DNA from: an uncultured Phycisphaerales bacterium
GTDB lineage: Bacteria; Planctomycetota; Phycisphaerae; Tepidisphaerales; Tepidisphaeraceae
NCBI GenBank assembly: GCA_963755915.1
Contig: CAVWLP010000002.1
Span: 3,680,001 to 3,744,000, forward strand
Direction of reading: 5' to 3'
DNA length: 64,000 nucleotides
Shown: one piece after another, positions 49,111-61,898 of the stretch
Numbering within the stretch: the stretch's first letter is position 1
How the letters are laid out: the number at the start of each line of letters is the position of its first letter
Notes under the pieces: generated by a model
Told to the model about the DNA's origin: nothing
What the model saw: the letters and a program-made list of their open reading frames with translations, nothing else
Databases searched by the model: none
Program-made: the position numbers and the translations under genes

Positions 49111-50544
49111 ATGTCCTTTCCGTCCGGATTCGCCTGGGGCGCGGCCACTGCCGCGTATCAAGTCGAAGGCGCTGCGCATCAGGACGGCCGGGGCGAAAGC
49201 GTCTGGGACATGTTCTGCCGAAAGGACGGCGCCGTTTACAGCGGCCATACGGGCGACATCGCCTGCGATCACTATCACCGCTGGCAGGAAGACATCGCCC
49301 TGATGAAGGAGATGGGCCTTAAGGCCTATCGCCTCAGCATCTCCTGGCCGCGCGTTCTTCCCGATGGCATCGGCAAACCCAACGAGCAGGGGCTGGAATT
49401 TTACGACCGCCTGATCGATGGCCTCCTGGCGGCGGGCATCACGCCCTACGTCACGCTCTTCCATTGGGATTATCCCTACGCCCTCTATTGCCGTGGCGGT
49501 TGGCTGAACCGCGAATCGGTGGAGTGGTTTGCCGGCTACGCAAAGCTCATCGCCCAGCGACTCGGAGATCGCGTCGCCCACTGGATGACGATGAACGAGC
49601 CGCAGTGTTTTCTGGGCTTGGGCCATCGCGATGGCGTGCAGGCGCCGGGATTAAAGCTGGCCTGGTGCGACGTTCTGCGGGCGCTGCATCACAGCCTGAT
49701 GGCGCACGGGCGCGCCGTTCAAACGCTTCGCGAGTATTGCTCCACGCCTCCGACGATCGGCTGGGCGCCGCTTGCCGAGGTGAAATATCCCGCGACCTCC
49801 GCAGCCGCTGACATCGAAGCGGCCCGCACGCGCACGATGGCGGCCGATGCCCGCGACCTTTGGAACAACACGATCTTCGGCGACCCGATTTGCCTCGGCC
49901 ACTATCCGCAGGACGCCTTGCGCACCTGGGGCCGCGATTTCCCGAAGTTCACGCAGGCGGAGATGGACCTGATCCACGAGAAAATTGATTTCTATGGACT
50001 GAATACCTACCGCGGACATCCAGTGACAGTTGGAGAGGACGGCCAGATCAAGCCCGCGCCGCGCGAACCGGGCACGCCGATGAATTCCTATTCGTGGACC
50101 ATCGATCCAGCGGTCCTCTACTGGGGCCCCAAGTTCATTTACGAGCGCTACCAGTTGCCGATCCACGTCACCGAGAACGGATTTGCCGGGCTCGATTGGG
50201 TACACATGGATGGAGCCGTTCACGACCCGCAGCGAATCGACTTTACCCGCCGATATCTTTTGGAGCTGCGCCGCGCGATCCAGGGGGGGGTCGATGTGCG
50301 CGGATATTTCTACTGGTCGCTGATGGATAATTTTGAGTGGGCGGATGGCTATCGCCAGCGCTTTGGGCTCATTCACGTCGACTATAAAACCCTTCGACGG
50401 ACGCCCAAAGATTCGGCCCGGTGGTACGCCGGCGTCATTCGCACCAACGGAGAGAATCTGTCAGAGGCGCCGCCGGTTCCACGCGTGAAGATCTACACAG
50501 AAGCGCTCAAGGAAGCCGAACCGCCAGCGCGGGTTGTTCGCTGA
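49111..50544 (+). CDS. GH1 beta-glucosidase
   Basis: FAWGAATAAYQVEG, TMNEP, VTENG, WSLMDNFEW. Confidence 0.95.
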   Translation: MSFPSGFAWGAATAAYQVEGAAHQDGRGESVWDMFCRKDGAVYSGHTGDIACDHYHRWQEDIALMKEMGLKAYRLSISWPRVLPDGIGKPNEQGLEFYDRLIDGLLAAGITPYVTLFHWDYPYALYCRGGWLNRESVEWFAGYAKLIAQRLGDRVAHWMTMNEPQCFLGLGHRDGVQAPGLKLAWCDVLRALHHSLMAHGRAVQTLREYCSTPPTIGWAPLAEVKYPATSAAADIEAARTRTMAADARDLWNNTIFGDPICLGHYPQDALRTWGRDFPKFTQAEMDLIHEKIDFYGLNTYRGHPVTVGEDGQIKPAPREPGTPMNSYSWTIDPAVLYWGPKFIYERYQLPIHVTENGFAGLDWVHMDGAVHDPQRIDFTRRYLLELRRAIQGGVDVRGYFYWSLMDNFEWADGYRQRFGLIHVDYKTLRRTPKDSARWYAGVIRTNGENLSEAPPVPRVKIYTEALKEAEPPARVVR

Positions 50545-50560
50545 AGAGCCGCGAACCAAT

Positions 50561-53048
50561 TCACTTCAAATCAGAAGCTTTTACCAGCGTCGCATCATCG
50601 AGCTTGATGGCCCCGCCGCGCGGACCATCGGCAGCGGGCGTGATCACGACCAGCACCCGCATTCGCGGGCCATCGGCAGTGCCGCTGAGAACAAGATGCG
50701 TCCACCGATGTCCGCTGGCCAGTCTGCCCACGTCGAAGTTCACCGTGTTGAGCGCGATTTGCCCGTGATCGGTGAGTGTTTCCAGTCGCAGCTCGACGTT
50801 TGCCGCCTGGGTCTGGCCCGCGAGCGGTATGTCACGCTGGGCGTAGATCGAAAACGTGTATCGCCCGCCCGGCTCCGTGCTGACATCCTGCCACAATCCA
50901 GAGGTATCCGCCGTTTCGACCTGCCAATGGTGATAGCCGATTTCGGAGGCGCCCGAATGCGTCGGCGTCCAGCCGGTTTCGCGGTTGATCCACGGTCCCC
51001 AGCGGTTCCAGCCGGCGGCGACATCGACAGAATTTCCCTGATCTTCAAACGAGCCGTTCGTCAGAAGCGACGGCCCCGGCGGGGGGGTGTTGGGCGAATC
51101 GCCGGGCGCGGGAAGCACGTCATCTGCCGAGGCGCCTAGACGCGCCTTCACGGTTGTGAGGCCCGCGTCGAGATGGGCACACGCAACCAGTCCGACACGA
51201 AAATCCCCTTCGCGTGGGACGGGTCTGGAGGCGACGGTTTGCCAATCGCCTCTGTCTGTTCGATACATTCCCGTCGCCAGCCCCTGGGCGATTTGCAGCC
51301 GAAGCTCAACCGGCAATGTCGCTCCCGCCGCGACCTTCGTTTCGACCGCCCGTCCCCCGGCGCGGCGGCGCGTCACCAGGGCGATCGTTCCATCGGGGAA
51401 CACATTCACCATCGCCATCGCGCTGTGCGGGTCGTTCGCTTCGCCCCAGCGCGCCATCAGGCCCGCCTTGGCATATTCCGCGCTATCAACAAAGGAAAGG
51501 ATCGCAGCTTTCGTATCACACGACTCGCCATGAACCGGCTGCGACACAAACCTGCAACTGTCGCTGCTGCCGAAAATGTCGATTCCGCCCCCCATGAGCA
51601 GAAAGTCTCCATCCGCGAGCGCTGCGGTGTACCCAGGCGAAGCGCCGCCGAGATCGATCGAGCTGAAACCCTCAGGCGCAGACGCGGGCGGGTCGCTGGG
51701 TGGCGCGGTCGGAAGGCGCGGATAGTTGGCCAGATAAAGCGGACTCGGATTCGGAGTCGTCAGCGCCTCCCGCAGTCGCTCATTGATCGCCAGCGGCATC
51801 GTCCCGAGGTTTGTAAAGAAACGCTTGAATTCGTCGTAGGAGCTGCTTTGTAGATTCAATAGCGGCAGGGGGGTTGCATTGGTGACCATGTACCAGGCAT
51901 CCGGCTGTACGCCCCCGCGAGTGCCAATATTCTTGTACGCCCACATCGTGCTGGGCCAGCCGTATTCCGCGAATCGATCGTAAAACGCCCGAAGCACCCG
52001 GCAGGGATCCTCAGTGTCGAGAACGATGTTGAATTCCCCAACGTAGTAGGGGGAAGCGATTTGGCTCACCGTATCCATACTTGGCAGGGATTTCCTGATT
52101 CAGCACGCGGGACTGCGTTTCCAGGGCCGATTTGCTGCCGAACAATCCGGGATAGTAATGCTCGGTGAATCCAACATTGGTCATGCCCTGGTCGTGCGGG
52201 TTGCCGTAAAAGCTGATCCCGCCATTGAGCGCGCCGGGGAAGAAGACGACGTGCCGGTCGCCGGTGGATCGAATCGCTTCATAAATCTGCGGCAACAGCC
52301 GGGCCAGCACCGGCCGGCAATCTTCGGTGTGATTTCCATACGGTTCGTTGATGAGGTCATAAGCGGCAACCGAGCTGCGATCTTTGAAATGCTCCGCAAG
52401 GGCCTTCCAGACGTCGACGGTGCGCTGCTGATCTTCTTCGCTGCTCCAGAGATGATCCTGCCCCACCTCGCCGGTGTGGTCTTCCAGGCTCTGCCCTCCC
52501 GGCACGCCGTGCAAATCGAGAATCACATACAGGCCCGCATCCCCGGCCATGTCCACTGCGCGATCGAGCCAGCGAAACGCGTCGTCTTTGACCGCAAACG
52601 GCGGTCGGTCGTCCTGAATCAGCCTGTAGTCAAAAGGCAACCGCACCACGTTGAATCCGAACGTCTTGATGATCTGCAAATCACGCGGCGTGATCCAGTT
52701 GGTTCGATACAGATCGATCAGTTCCTGCGATCCGGCATCCCCAAATCGTTGCCGCAAGGTGCGATATACGGTGGCTCCATCTCGAAACGCGTGATCCGGC
52801 CCATCGCCGAGCGTTCCCCCAAACATCCACGATTCGAGCATGAGATAATTGCCGAGGTTGCAACCTTTGAGGACCACTTCCGAACCGGAGGAGTCCACCA
52901 ATCGTGGACCTGACGCGCTGATAAAAGGCAGGGGATTGTTCTCGGCAATAGCGACCCGGGGAGAGGCCAAATGGAAGAGGATGGTGGTGCAAATCGCGGA
53001 GGCTGTAACAATGAATCGTCTGAATCTGGTTTGGGGAGTGCTTTCCAT
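50561..53048 (-). CDS. Secreted GH5 glycoside hydrolase with C-terminal carbohydrate-binding-like domains; apparent frameshift near 52075
   Basis: KGCNLGNYLMLESWM, YDLINEP, continues as YYVGEFN in ORF 50561-52078. Confidence 0.82.
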
Positions 53049-53225
53049 TCGCAAGCGGCCTGCTTGAGGTGCAAATTAGCACGTTCATCTGCCCGGTGCG
53101 ATTCGGTATCCAGCCAAAATACCTCTGTTTTGCGTCAAATTGCAGAGACCGCCCGATCTCCAGCTTCTCCGCGCAATGGGTGTAATTTACATACATTCGT
53201 ACATGAAAACAATGTAAATAAATGC

Positions 53226-53254
53226 TTGACATACCCCTGTCAAAGCAGTATTTT
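53226..53254 (+). promoter_or_regulatory. Candidate sigma-70 promoter overlapped by a palindrome
   Basis: TTGACA-17 nt-TATTTT; TTGACA-tacccc-TGTCAA inverted repeat. Confidence 0.45.
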
Positions 53255-53589
53255 CTAGAGCGGCGAAGACCCCAACTCGCTTCGCTGCGTCCTGAATTGT
53301 TTGCTTCAGTTTAAGGGCCAGATGACGGAGGGTTTACAGCGAGCGCGGCTGCTAATTGCGGTCCGTGATCATTGCGGTGGGACCGGTATTGCGTTTCCAC
53401 GTTTGCGCCTGCCGCGACTCGCCCAGCATACCCATTTCAACAGCCATATGCCCAATGCCATGAAACGACTCATGTCGCGCCCGCCGAATTTGTTTCACGC
53501 GGTGGTTTCAATCCATCCGCCAGTCGGCGTCGGTCGGGAATAAAGGTTGGATCGAATCAAGTAAGTTTCGGCTACAGGAGAGAAATGCC

Positions 53590-56500
53590 ATGAAACAGCG
53601 GAATCGGAAGTCGGCCAACGGACTTTTCGGGGCATCCATTTCGAGTTTGAGCATCGAACGCCGGCGGGCGAAGGTGGGTCGCGCGGCCGCCGTCACGCTG
53701 GCGGCGGCGAGCAGCGCCGTCTTCGGGATCTTCACCTCAAATAACGGCGCGTTCGCAGAACCGCTGGTTACAACGACATACGTCGATCCCGCCGGCACCG
53801 CCGGGTTTAACAGTGCCGACAAATGGTCGAACGGTTTGGCCCCGCAGGCCGGCGATGACTACGAAGTGCTGGGGCAAGGCCAGATCCGCACGCCAGCCTA
53901 CACCGGTACGACGATCGGCAACCTCACTTTCGCCGGCGATGCACTCACCCTCGGCGACGGCACCGGGACCGGCGTCACGGGAGTCAGCGGCTTCGGCGTC
54001 CTCACCTTCAAAGGCGATGTCAGCGGCGACACCATCACCGTCAACAACCTTACCCTCAATTCCGGCATTCTTCAGACCGGCGGAACCTCGGCGGGCACGT
54101 CCAATTCCTGGACGCTGGCCTCAAATAACCTGGTCATCGGCAGCGGCGGGTTTGCCATCGACAATGGAGGAGGTCAAACCCCTCCTCGTTACATGATCAT
54201 TAGCGCCAACATCACCGGCAGCGGCGCACTTCAGGTCGTTTCCAATCCTCGAAGTGGTGCGACCGCGTCACTGGACATCAATGGGGGCAGCCTGGTTCTC
54301 ACCGGTAGCAACAGCCTTTGGTCCGGCACGGAACTGATATCCGGCGGAACGCTTCAGGTCGGCCTGGGCGGATCTTCCGGCACTCTCGGTACGGGAGCTG
54401 TCGACGACGATGACGCCCTGGTATTCGACACCACCACCAACGGAACCTACACACAGGCGTTCAGCGTTGACGCGAGCAACACGGGCTTGATCAGCAATAT
54501 CAGCACGGCGACGCAGACGTTGTCCGGTGTGACGGCGAATGGAACCCTTTCGCTTTCTAACTCGACCGGCGGTCTGGCTTTCACGGGACCGATCGCGACC
54601 AATACAGCGACCCTGTCGATCACCAACGGCGGCGGAAATATTTCCATCGGTGGAGTAACCGGAACCGCGGCCGTCATTCTCGGCGGAACAGGCACGACGA
54701 CCCTCAACGGAACCAACAGCTACGCCGGCAACACCACCGTCAACGGCGGCACGCTTGCCTTCGGCAGCGGCGCGACGTTGCCCAACTCTCCAACGTGGAC
54801 CGTCGCGGCAAACTCCATCCTCGACGTTCATCTGGCCAGCACGGCGCTCACCACCACCACCAGCAGTCAAACGATCGCCGGCTCCGGGACGATCATTGGA
54901 AACGTCACCTCCGCTGGGCAGATTTCGCCCGGTGCGGGACCGGCGACCATCGGCACGCTCAGCATCACCGGCAATCTCGGCCTTACCGGCGGCACGATCA
55001 ACACCACCCTCAACGCCACCAATACCAGCGCCGTTGGGACGACCAACGATCTGATCGCCGTCACCGGCAATCTCTCCCTCACCGGCTCCATTGCCCTGAA
55101 TCCGACGTTCACCGGCGGCACACCCGCGGTTGGAAATCAGTACGAAATCCTTTCTTACAGCGGCTCGCTCCTGGGCTCCGGCACCATCGCCCCGCAAAGC
55201 CGCTCGATTACCATCAACACCTCAACGCCTCACGAAATCCTCGCGATCATCAACACGGCGTCCGCCGCCAATCTCGTCTGGAATTCAACCTCCAACAGCA
55301 ATTGGGACATCGTCACCACCCCCAACTGGTTTAACACCGGAACCGCTCACAACGACGACTTCTATCAGGGCGACAACGTAACATTCAATGACGCCTATGC
55401 GGGCGTTCAAACCAACGTCAACATCGTCCAGAACATCGCGCCCACGAGCGTGACCGTCAATTCTACCGCGAACACCTACACGCTGGGCAGCAGCGGCGGG
55501 TTTGGAATCACTGGCGGGGCGGTCATGAACATCACCCTGGGCTCCAGCAACTCGCTAGTCATCACCGCCAGCAACTCCTACAGCGGCAACACGACCATCA
55601 ACTCTGGCACTGTGGTCCTGGGCAACGGCGGCACTCTGGCTCCCTGGGGTCCGGAACCGTCAACAACAGCGGCACCATCATTTATGCCCTCAGCGGTACC
55701 GCCGCCGTCACCAATATCATCAACGGCACCGGCGTGGTCGACGTCAACAGCTCCACCGGCGGCGCACAATTCAATGAGGCCAATGGATACACGGGCGGGC
55801 TGAATATCGAAGACGGCGTGGTATTCGGCGGCAACGCCAATTCCTTCGGCGCGGCAACCAATCAGGTGTTCGTCTCCGGAGAAAACGGCGGCGAAATCTA
55901 TTCAACTACCGCTACGACGTATCCGCAGCCGCTCACCATCGGCGGCGTCGGTCCAAACGACGACGGCCCATTGCGCGGGGGTGGGGCGACCACTTCCATC
56001 TTCTCCGGGGCCGTCACTCTCGACGACAATACCATCATCGAAATGGACGCCGCGCGCAGATTGAGCTGACGAATACCAATGCCATGACCGCGCCGGGAGA
56101 CAGCCTTCGCGTCACCGGCTCGGGCACGCTTTCCTTCGGCGGAAACGTCAACCTCAACGGCGGCGAAATTCAGGCCGGCACCGTCATCGGTTTCGTGCCG
56201 GCGGCCTCCACGACGATGACCATGTCTTCCACGATCGTCGACCTCACCGCCGGCTCAGGCAGCATCAACATGAACGGCGCGGGGACAACCGTGCTGTCGG
56301 TTGACAACAGCTTCACCGGTGCGGTGACGGTTACTAACGGCGTGCTGGAGCCACAAAGCGCCAACGCCATTCCTTCCGGAGATACGGTGAATGTGATCGG
56401 CGGCACGACCGAAACGGGCGAGCTGGGTTTCACTTCCGCTTCCGCCGCGATCTTTACCAGCGGCAGCCCGTTTAGCAATCCAATTACGCTCAATGGCCGC

Positions 56501-58344
56501 CAGACCACAGCGGCCACGAACGCCGACATCGACAACATCAGCGGCAACAATTTTATCTCCAGCCCCATCACCGCGACCACCAGCGGAAACAACTACACGA
56601 TTCAGTCCGATTCGGGAACGCTGACCGTTTCCAGCGCCTTCGCCCTCTCCAGCGCCGCGAGCGGCGTGAGAATCCTCAACCTTCGGCGCGGGGGTCGGCA
56701 ACTGGACCGGCACCATCAGCGACGGCTCGACCGGCACCACAGAGCTGAACGTCAACGGCCCCGGCACCTGGAGCCTTTCCAATGCCCCCGGCAATACCTA
56801 CAGCGCCGGCACCGTGCTCAACGCCGGCACGCTGGTCGTCGCCAACTCCTCCGGGTCGGCGACGGGCGGTGGAACAGTTACGCTCAACGGCGGCGTTCTG
56901 GCCAGTCTTGCGGGTGTTACCAACTCGATCGGCGGCGCCGTGGTTGCCGGCACAGGGACGCACACCATCGCACCGGGCGGGCTAGGCACCATCGGAACGC
57001 TCAACATCGGCCTGGGCCTGACCACCAGCAGCAACACCACCCTCGATTTCGATCTGGGCACCCCCGTCTCCGGTGGCAGCTACAACGGTGATCTCATCGA
57101 GCTCACCTCAGGTTCCTCAACGCCGGCGCGGGCACCAACATCGCGTTCGGCGTCGATCCGACCGCCAACGGCGACTACCGGTTGGTCGGCGGATCCATCG
57201 GAAGCCCAACTCTGGCCAATTTCAACCTGCCGGCGGCGCCGCCGGATATTCCTATAGTCTCAGCACAATGGTCGATACCGGCTTCCTCGACCTGGTTGTC
57301 GGCGCCTCCGGGCCTGCCGCGGTCTACTGGGACAATCTTGGCGCTGGCAACCCGACCAACGGAACTTCGTGGGATACCACGAACAACAACTGGAACAACG
57401 GCTCCGCCGCCACGACATACGCCGACGGCGACAACGTGACCTTTAACGATACCAACGCCGGCCACTACTTCGTGACCTTGAGCAGCACCGTCAGCCCGGC
57501 TTCGGTGACCGTCAACAGTTCAGGGAATTACTCGATCACCGGCACCGGCGGCGCGATTGCCGACACCGGCACATTCATCAAGGGCGGCAGCAGCACGCTG
57601 ACGCTGGGCGTCGGCCTCACTGCCAACAGTCTCGCGATCAACACGGGTAGCGTGGTCGTGGCCAGCAATACAACTGCCGGCACTTGGACCGCCGCTCATC
57701 CCCTGAGCAACGTCAACATCGTCTCTCTCACCATTGCCGCCAACAGCACGCTGGATATCACCAACAACCACGTGATCATCGACTACGGCAGCGGAAGCGA
57801 TCCGATGTCCACGATCTATAGTTATCTGAAGAGCGGATACAACAACGGATCATGGAACGGCGCGGGGATTATTTCCTCGGCCGCGGCCACGGAAAACGCC
57901 ACCGCCGGCCTGAAATATGGAATCGGGTTTGCCGACGGCATCGACAGGGTTATCAGTGGCCTCAGCAGCGGGGAAATCGAGCTGAAATACACGCTGCTGG
58001 GCGACGCCAACCTCGACGGCACCGTTAACGGATCGGACTTCAGCATCCTGGCGGCAAACTTCGGCCTTGGGCACACCAACTGGGACCAGGGTGATTTCCT
58101 CTACGGTTCATCGGTTAACGGCTCCGACTTCAGCGCTTTGGCCGCGAACTTCGGCCAGGGTGACGCCAACGCGGCGGTTACCCAGGCAGACGTGGCCGCG
58201 CTGGATGCGTTTGCCGCGGCCAACGGACTGCCGATGCCGGTGATCGCCGCGGTGCCGGAACCAGTTTCCACCGGGGTTTTGGCGTTGGGCGCGATTGGGG
58301 TCTTGTCGCGCCGGCGCCGGCAGCGTCGCCAGGGACCGGCTTAG
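53590..58344 (+). CDS. Large secreted beta-strand-repeat PEP-CTERM protein, broken by several apparent frameshifts
   Basis: Autotransporter-associated beta-strand-like repeats (NSYAGNTTVNGGTL), continuous Gly/Thr/Asn-rich coding across shifted ORFs, GDANLDG, VPEP-TM-RRRR. Confidence 0.8.
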
Positions 58345-58416
58345 GGATCGAATGCGAAAGGAGTAATCGCGCCTTCTTTTTTAGCTGCTTTGAAAATCGT
58401 GCTATGAGGTTTTGTT

Positions 58417-60990
58417 ATGGTGTATCACACTCGTAGGCGACGATCGCGGCAGGCTGGCGCCGCGATCGCGGCCGCCGCTGCTATGGCGGTGGGGGGAGCT
58501 TCTGTTTCTTTTGCTCAACAGTTTAATCCCTATAACACGGTTTCCCTCTCCAGCGTTTCGACCAACGCTTATGGCGCCGACGACATCAACTCCTGCTCGA
58601 TCGACATCAATGATCTGGTAACCGACGGCAACTATCAGTTCATCGCCTTCTACAACAATTCCGGCCGCGTGGTATTGGGTCGCCGCGCTACCAGTTCCAG
58701 CGCCGACAACACCAATCCCTGGACGTTGGATACGACGAATATGACACCCACTTCAGGAATCACGGATGACCACGACGTGATCTCCATCGCGGTAGACGGC
58801 AACGGCGATATGCATCTTTCCTGGGGAATGCACAACGCCGCGCTCCAATACGATATCTCTTCAAATTCGGTCCTTGGCAGCACATTCAGTCCCACATTTG
58901 TAAAACAAACCAGTACCAACGATCCGGGACTGTTTGCGAATCTTGGTTCGATCAATCAGGTCACATATCCGCAGTTCTACAATATTCCCAACAGCAACAA
59001 CCTCCTGTTTGTCTACCGCGATGCCGCCGCCGCTTCGGGCGGAGGATCCGGCGACGGCAACGAGTTCTTTGCCATCTACAACGCCGCGACCAAAACCTAC
59101 AGCGCCGCCCAGAATGTTGAGATGATGGACGGCGGAATCACCAGCGTTAACGGCTACATGAACAACCTTCTATACACTCCTTCCGGGACGCTGGTTGCAA
59201 CCTGGACGTGGCGGGCAACCCCGGACTGGCAGACCAACTCGAATATTCTTTATGCCCAGTCCCCCAACAACGGCGCGAGCTGGTATCAATTTGGCGGCAC
59301 CACGCAGTACGCCCTGCCGATCATCCAGAATACCTCCGGCGGCGGAACCGCTGCCCAGGTCGCCCAGGCCGTTGTCAATATTCCCGAAAACGACAGCTTC
59401 ATCAATCAGACCAGCGAGGCCATCGATAACAACGGCAACCCGATGGTCGCCACCTATCTCACGCCCGGCTGGAACGTCAACACGAATTCGGGAAATCCCA
59501 ACCGGCAATATGTTCTGGAATATTACAATGGCTCAAGCTGGCAGCAGTCGGTAATCAGCGATCGAACTTCCGATACATTTATCGACAACGCCCAAAACGA
59601 CCCCGCCGGCAGCGGCGCCGACGTGCGCGACCTCGGCAGGCCCCTGGTCATGGTCGACAGTTCCAACCGCATCATCGTCGTCACCCGATCAGAAGACACC
59701 GCGATGGGCGCTTATTCCAACCCCAGCACGCCCAACAACGACATCGTGGTTTATTACACCACCGCCTCGGCCCTCGACGCCGGCTCTCCCGACTGGCGAT
59801 CGACCACCCTCGACAACGTGAACATGGGCGAATACGAGCCCACCTACGATCCGCATCTCTGGGCCAGCAGCAATATCCTCGACCTGATGTACGAACCCGA
59901 GGGTCTCAGTGGCGAGGGCGAAGAACCCATCTCCGTCCTGCAATGGAACGAGCAGGCGTTTTTCCAGGACGGCATCTCCTGGAACAACGCCACCAACGGC
60001 ATTCCCGTCGGCGACGGTTACACCTGGGACAACCAAAACAACGCCAACTGGAACAACGGCACTACCACCGTCAATTTCATGACCGGTGACAACGTCACCT
60101 TCAACGACACCAACGACGGCAACTACAACATCACGCTGAATACGACCGTCAGTCCCGGCAACATTACGGTCAACACCGCCGGAAGCTATTCCATCACCGG
60201 GTCGGGCACCATCGCGGCCAGCGGCGCGTATACCCAGTCAGGCACCGGCACCATGACGATCGGCACCGGCTTCACCGCCAAATCCGTCAGCATCGCCTCC
60301 GGGACTCTCGCCCTGGCCACGAACACCACGCTGGGCAGCGGCACCGTCACGAGCAATGTCACCATCTCGTCGCTGACCATCGGCGGCAACGGAGTGCTGG
60401 ACATCGAAAACAACCTCATCATCATCACCTACGGCAGCAGCGATCCCTTGTCCACCATCTACGGCTATCTGGTATCCGGCTACAACAACGCCGGCTGGAA
60501 CGGGCCCGGCATTATCTCCTCCACCGCAAGGTCGATTAACGGCAGCTCGATCTACGGCATCGGCTTCGCCGACGGCGCCGACGGCGTCGTGAACGGCCTT
60601 TCCTCCGGCCAGATTGAATTGAAATATACGCTGCTGGGCGACGCCAACCTCGACGGCGTGGTCAATGGCTCCGACTTCAGCATTCTCGCCGCGAATTTCG
60701 GCCTGGGCGTCACCAACTGGGACCAGGGGAATTTCCTCTATGGCTCTTCGGTCAACGGCTCCGACTTCAGCGCCCTGGCGGCCAACTTTGGGCAGGGGGA
60801 CAACGATGCCGCGGTCAGCGTCTCGCAGGCCGACATCGCCGCCCTCGATGCCTTCGCCGCCGCCAATGGTTTGCTTGCCGACGTTCCCGAGCCCGCGTCT
60901 GCGGCGTCGCTGGCGCTCGTGGCCAGCACTCTGCTGACGCGCCGCCGAGCCAACCGCGCGCTCGCGGCTTCTCGCTCCGGCGGGGTTTAG
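58417..60990 (+). CDS. BNR-repeat (beta-propeller) PEP-CTERM protein
   Basis: DDHDVISIAVDGNGDMHLSWGMH, VTYPQF, WTWR, GDANLDG, VPEP. Confidence 0.85.
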   Translation: MVYHTRRRRSRQAGAAIAAAAAMAVGGASVSFAQQFNPYNTVSLSSVSTNAYGADDINSCSIDINDLVTDGNYQFIAFYNNSGRVVLGRRATSSSADNTNPWTLDTTNMTPTSGITDDHDVISIAVDGNGDMHLSWGMHNAALQYDISSNSVLGSTFSPTFVKQTSTNDPGLFANLGSINQVTYPQFYNIPNSNNLLFVYRDAAAASGGGSGDGNEFFAIYNAATKTYSAAQNVEMMDGGITSVNGYMNNLLYTPSGTLVATWTWRATPDWQTNSNILYAQSPNNGASWYQFGGTTQYALPIIQNTSGGGTAAQVAQAVVNIPENDSFINQTSEAIDNNGNPMVATYLTPGWNVNTNSGNPNRQYVLEYYNGSSWQQSVISDRTSDTFIDNAQNDPAGSGADVRDLGRPLVMVDSSNRIIVVTRSEDTAMGAYSNPSTPNNDIVVYYTTASALDAGSPDWRSTTLDNVNMGEYEPTYDPHLWASSNILDLMYEPEGLSGEGEEPISVLQWNEQAFFQDGISWNNATNGIPVGDGYTWDNQNNANWNNGTTTVNFMTGDNVTFNDTNDGNYNITLNTTVSPGNITVNTAGSYSITGSGTIAASGAYTQSGTGTMTIGTGFTAKSVSIASGTLALATNTTLGSGTVTSNVTISSLTIGGNGVLDIENNLIIITYGSSDPLSTIYGYLVSGYNNAGWNGPGIISSTARSINGSSIYGIGFADGADGVVNGLSSGQIELKYTLLGDANLDGVVNGSDFSILAANFGLGVTNWDQGNFLYGSSVNGSDFSALAANFGQGDNDAAVSVSQADIAALDAFAAANGLLADVPEPASAASLALVASTLLTRRRANRALAASRSGGV

Positions 60991-60997
60991 CGCACCG

Positions 60998-61894
60998 TCA
61001 GACCGGTTCCGCTTCCGCGCGTACCAATTCTTTAAACAGATTCTCCAGTCGCGTCATCATCGGCCCCGGCAGGGGCTTTGGCATATCCCGTCCGTCGATC
61101 GCTTTCACCGCGGCCAGTTCCCCCATCGTCCCGGTGCAGAAGACTTCCGCCGCCCGGTAAAACTCCATGAGGCTCACGTCGCGCTCCTCAAATGCGATCG
61201 CGTTCCGCCGACACAATTCCAGCACCGCTGCCCGGGTGATTCCCTCGGGGCAGGCAACCGTGCGCGGCGTGACGATGGTGTCCGTCGCCACCAGGAAGAG
61301 ATGGGTGGCGTTGGTCTCCGCGACGAAACCGCGCGTGTCGAGCATCACCGCGTCATCCGCCCCGGCGCGCGTCGCCTCGATCTTTGCGAGGATCGACTGG
61401 ATCAGGTTGCAGTGATGGATCTTGGGATCCAGACAATCCGGCGAAAACCTCCGCACGCTGCTCGTCGCCAGCGTGATTCCGCGCTTGTCATAAACGGGCG
61501 GCTTATGCTCCGCGAGGACGATCAGCGTCGGCCCTGCCTGGTTCAGCCGCGGGTCCATTCCGGAGGTGATCTTCACGCCGCGCGTGAGCGTCAGGCGGAT
61601 ATGCACGCCGTCGTGCATATGGTTCGCCTCCAGGGTTTTTCGGATTTCATCTCGAATCGATTCGTGCGAGGGGATCTCGGCAAACGCCAGCGCCGTCGCC
61701 GAGCTGCGCAGGCGGTCCAGGTGCTGCGCGAGGCGGAAGATTTTGCCGTCGTAAACCCGCAGCCCTTCCCACACGGCGTCGCCGCCCTGAACCGCGGAAT
61801 CAAACGGGCTGATGCCCGCCTGGCCGCGCGGCAGAAGCTTGCCGTTGATGTTGATCAATAGCGCCTGGTTGCGTGGATCGTACGTTTGCAACAT
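60998..61894 (-). CDS. Class IV aminotransferase (branched-chain/D-amino-acid type)
   Basis: GDAVWEGLR, KIHHCN, AETNATHLF, EGITR, TGTMGE. Confidence 0.9.
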   Translation of the reverse strand: MLQTYDPRNQALLININGKLLPRGQAGISPFDSAVQGGDAVWEGLRVYDGKIFRLAQHLDRLRSSATALAFAEIPSHESIRDEIRKTLEANHMHDGVHIRLTLTRGVKITSGMDPRLNQAGPTLIVLAEHKPPVYDKRGITLATSSVRRFSPDCLDPKIHHCNLIQSILAKIEATRAGADDAVMLDTRGFVAETNATHLFLVATDTIVTPRTVACPEGITRAAVLELCRRNAIAFEERDVSLMEFYRAAEVFCTGTMGELAAVKAIDGRDMPKPLPGPMMTRLENLFKELVRAEAEPV

Positions 61895-61898
61895 GAAA

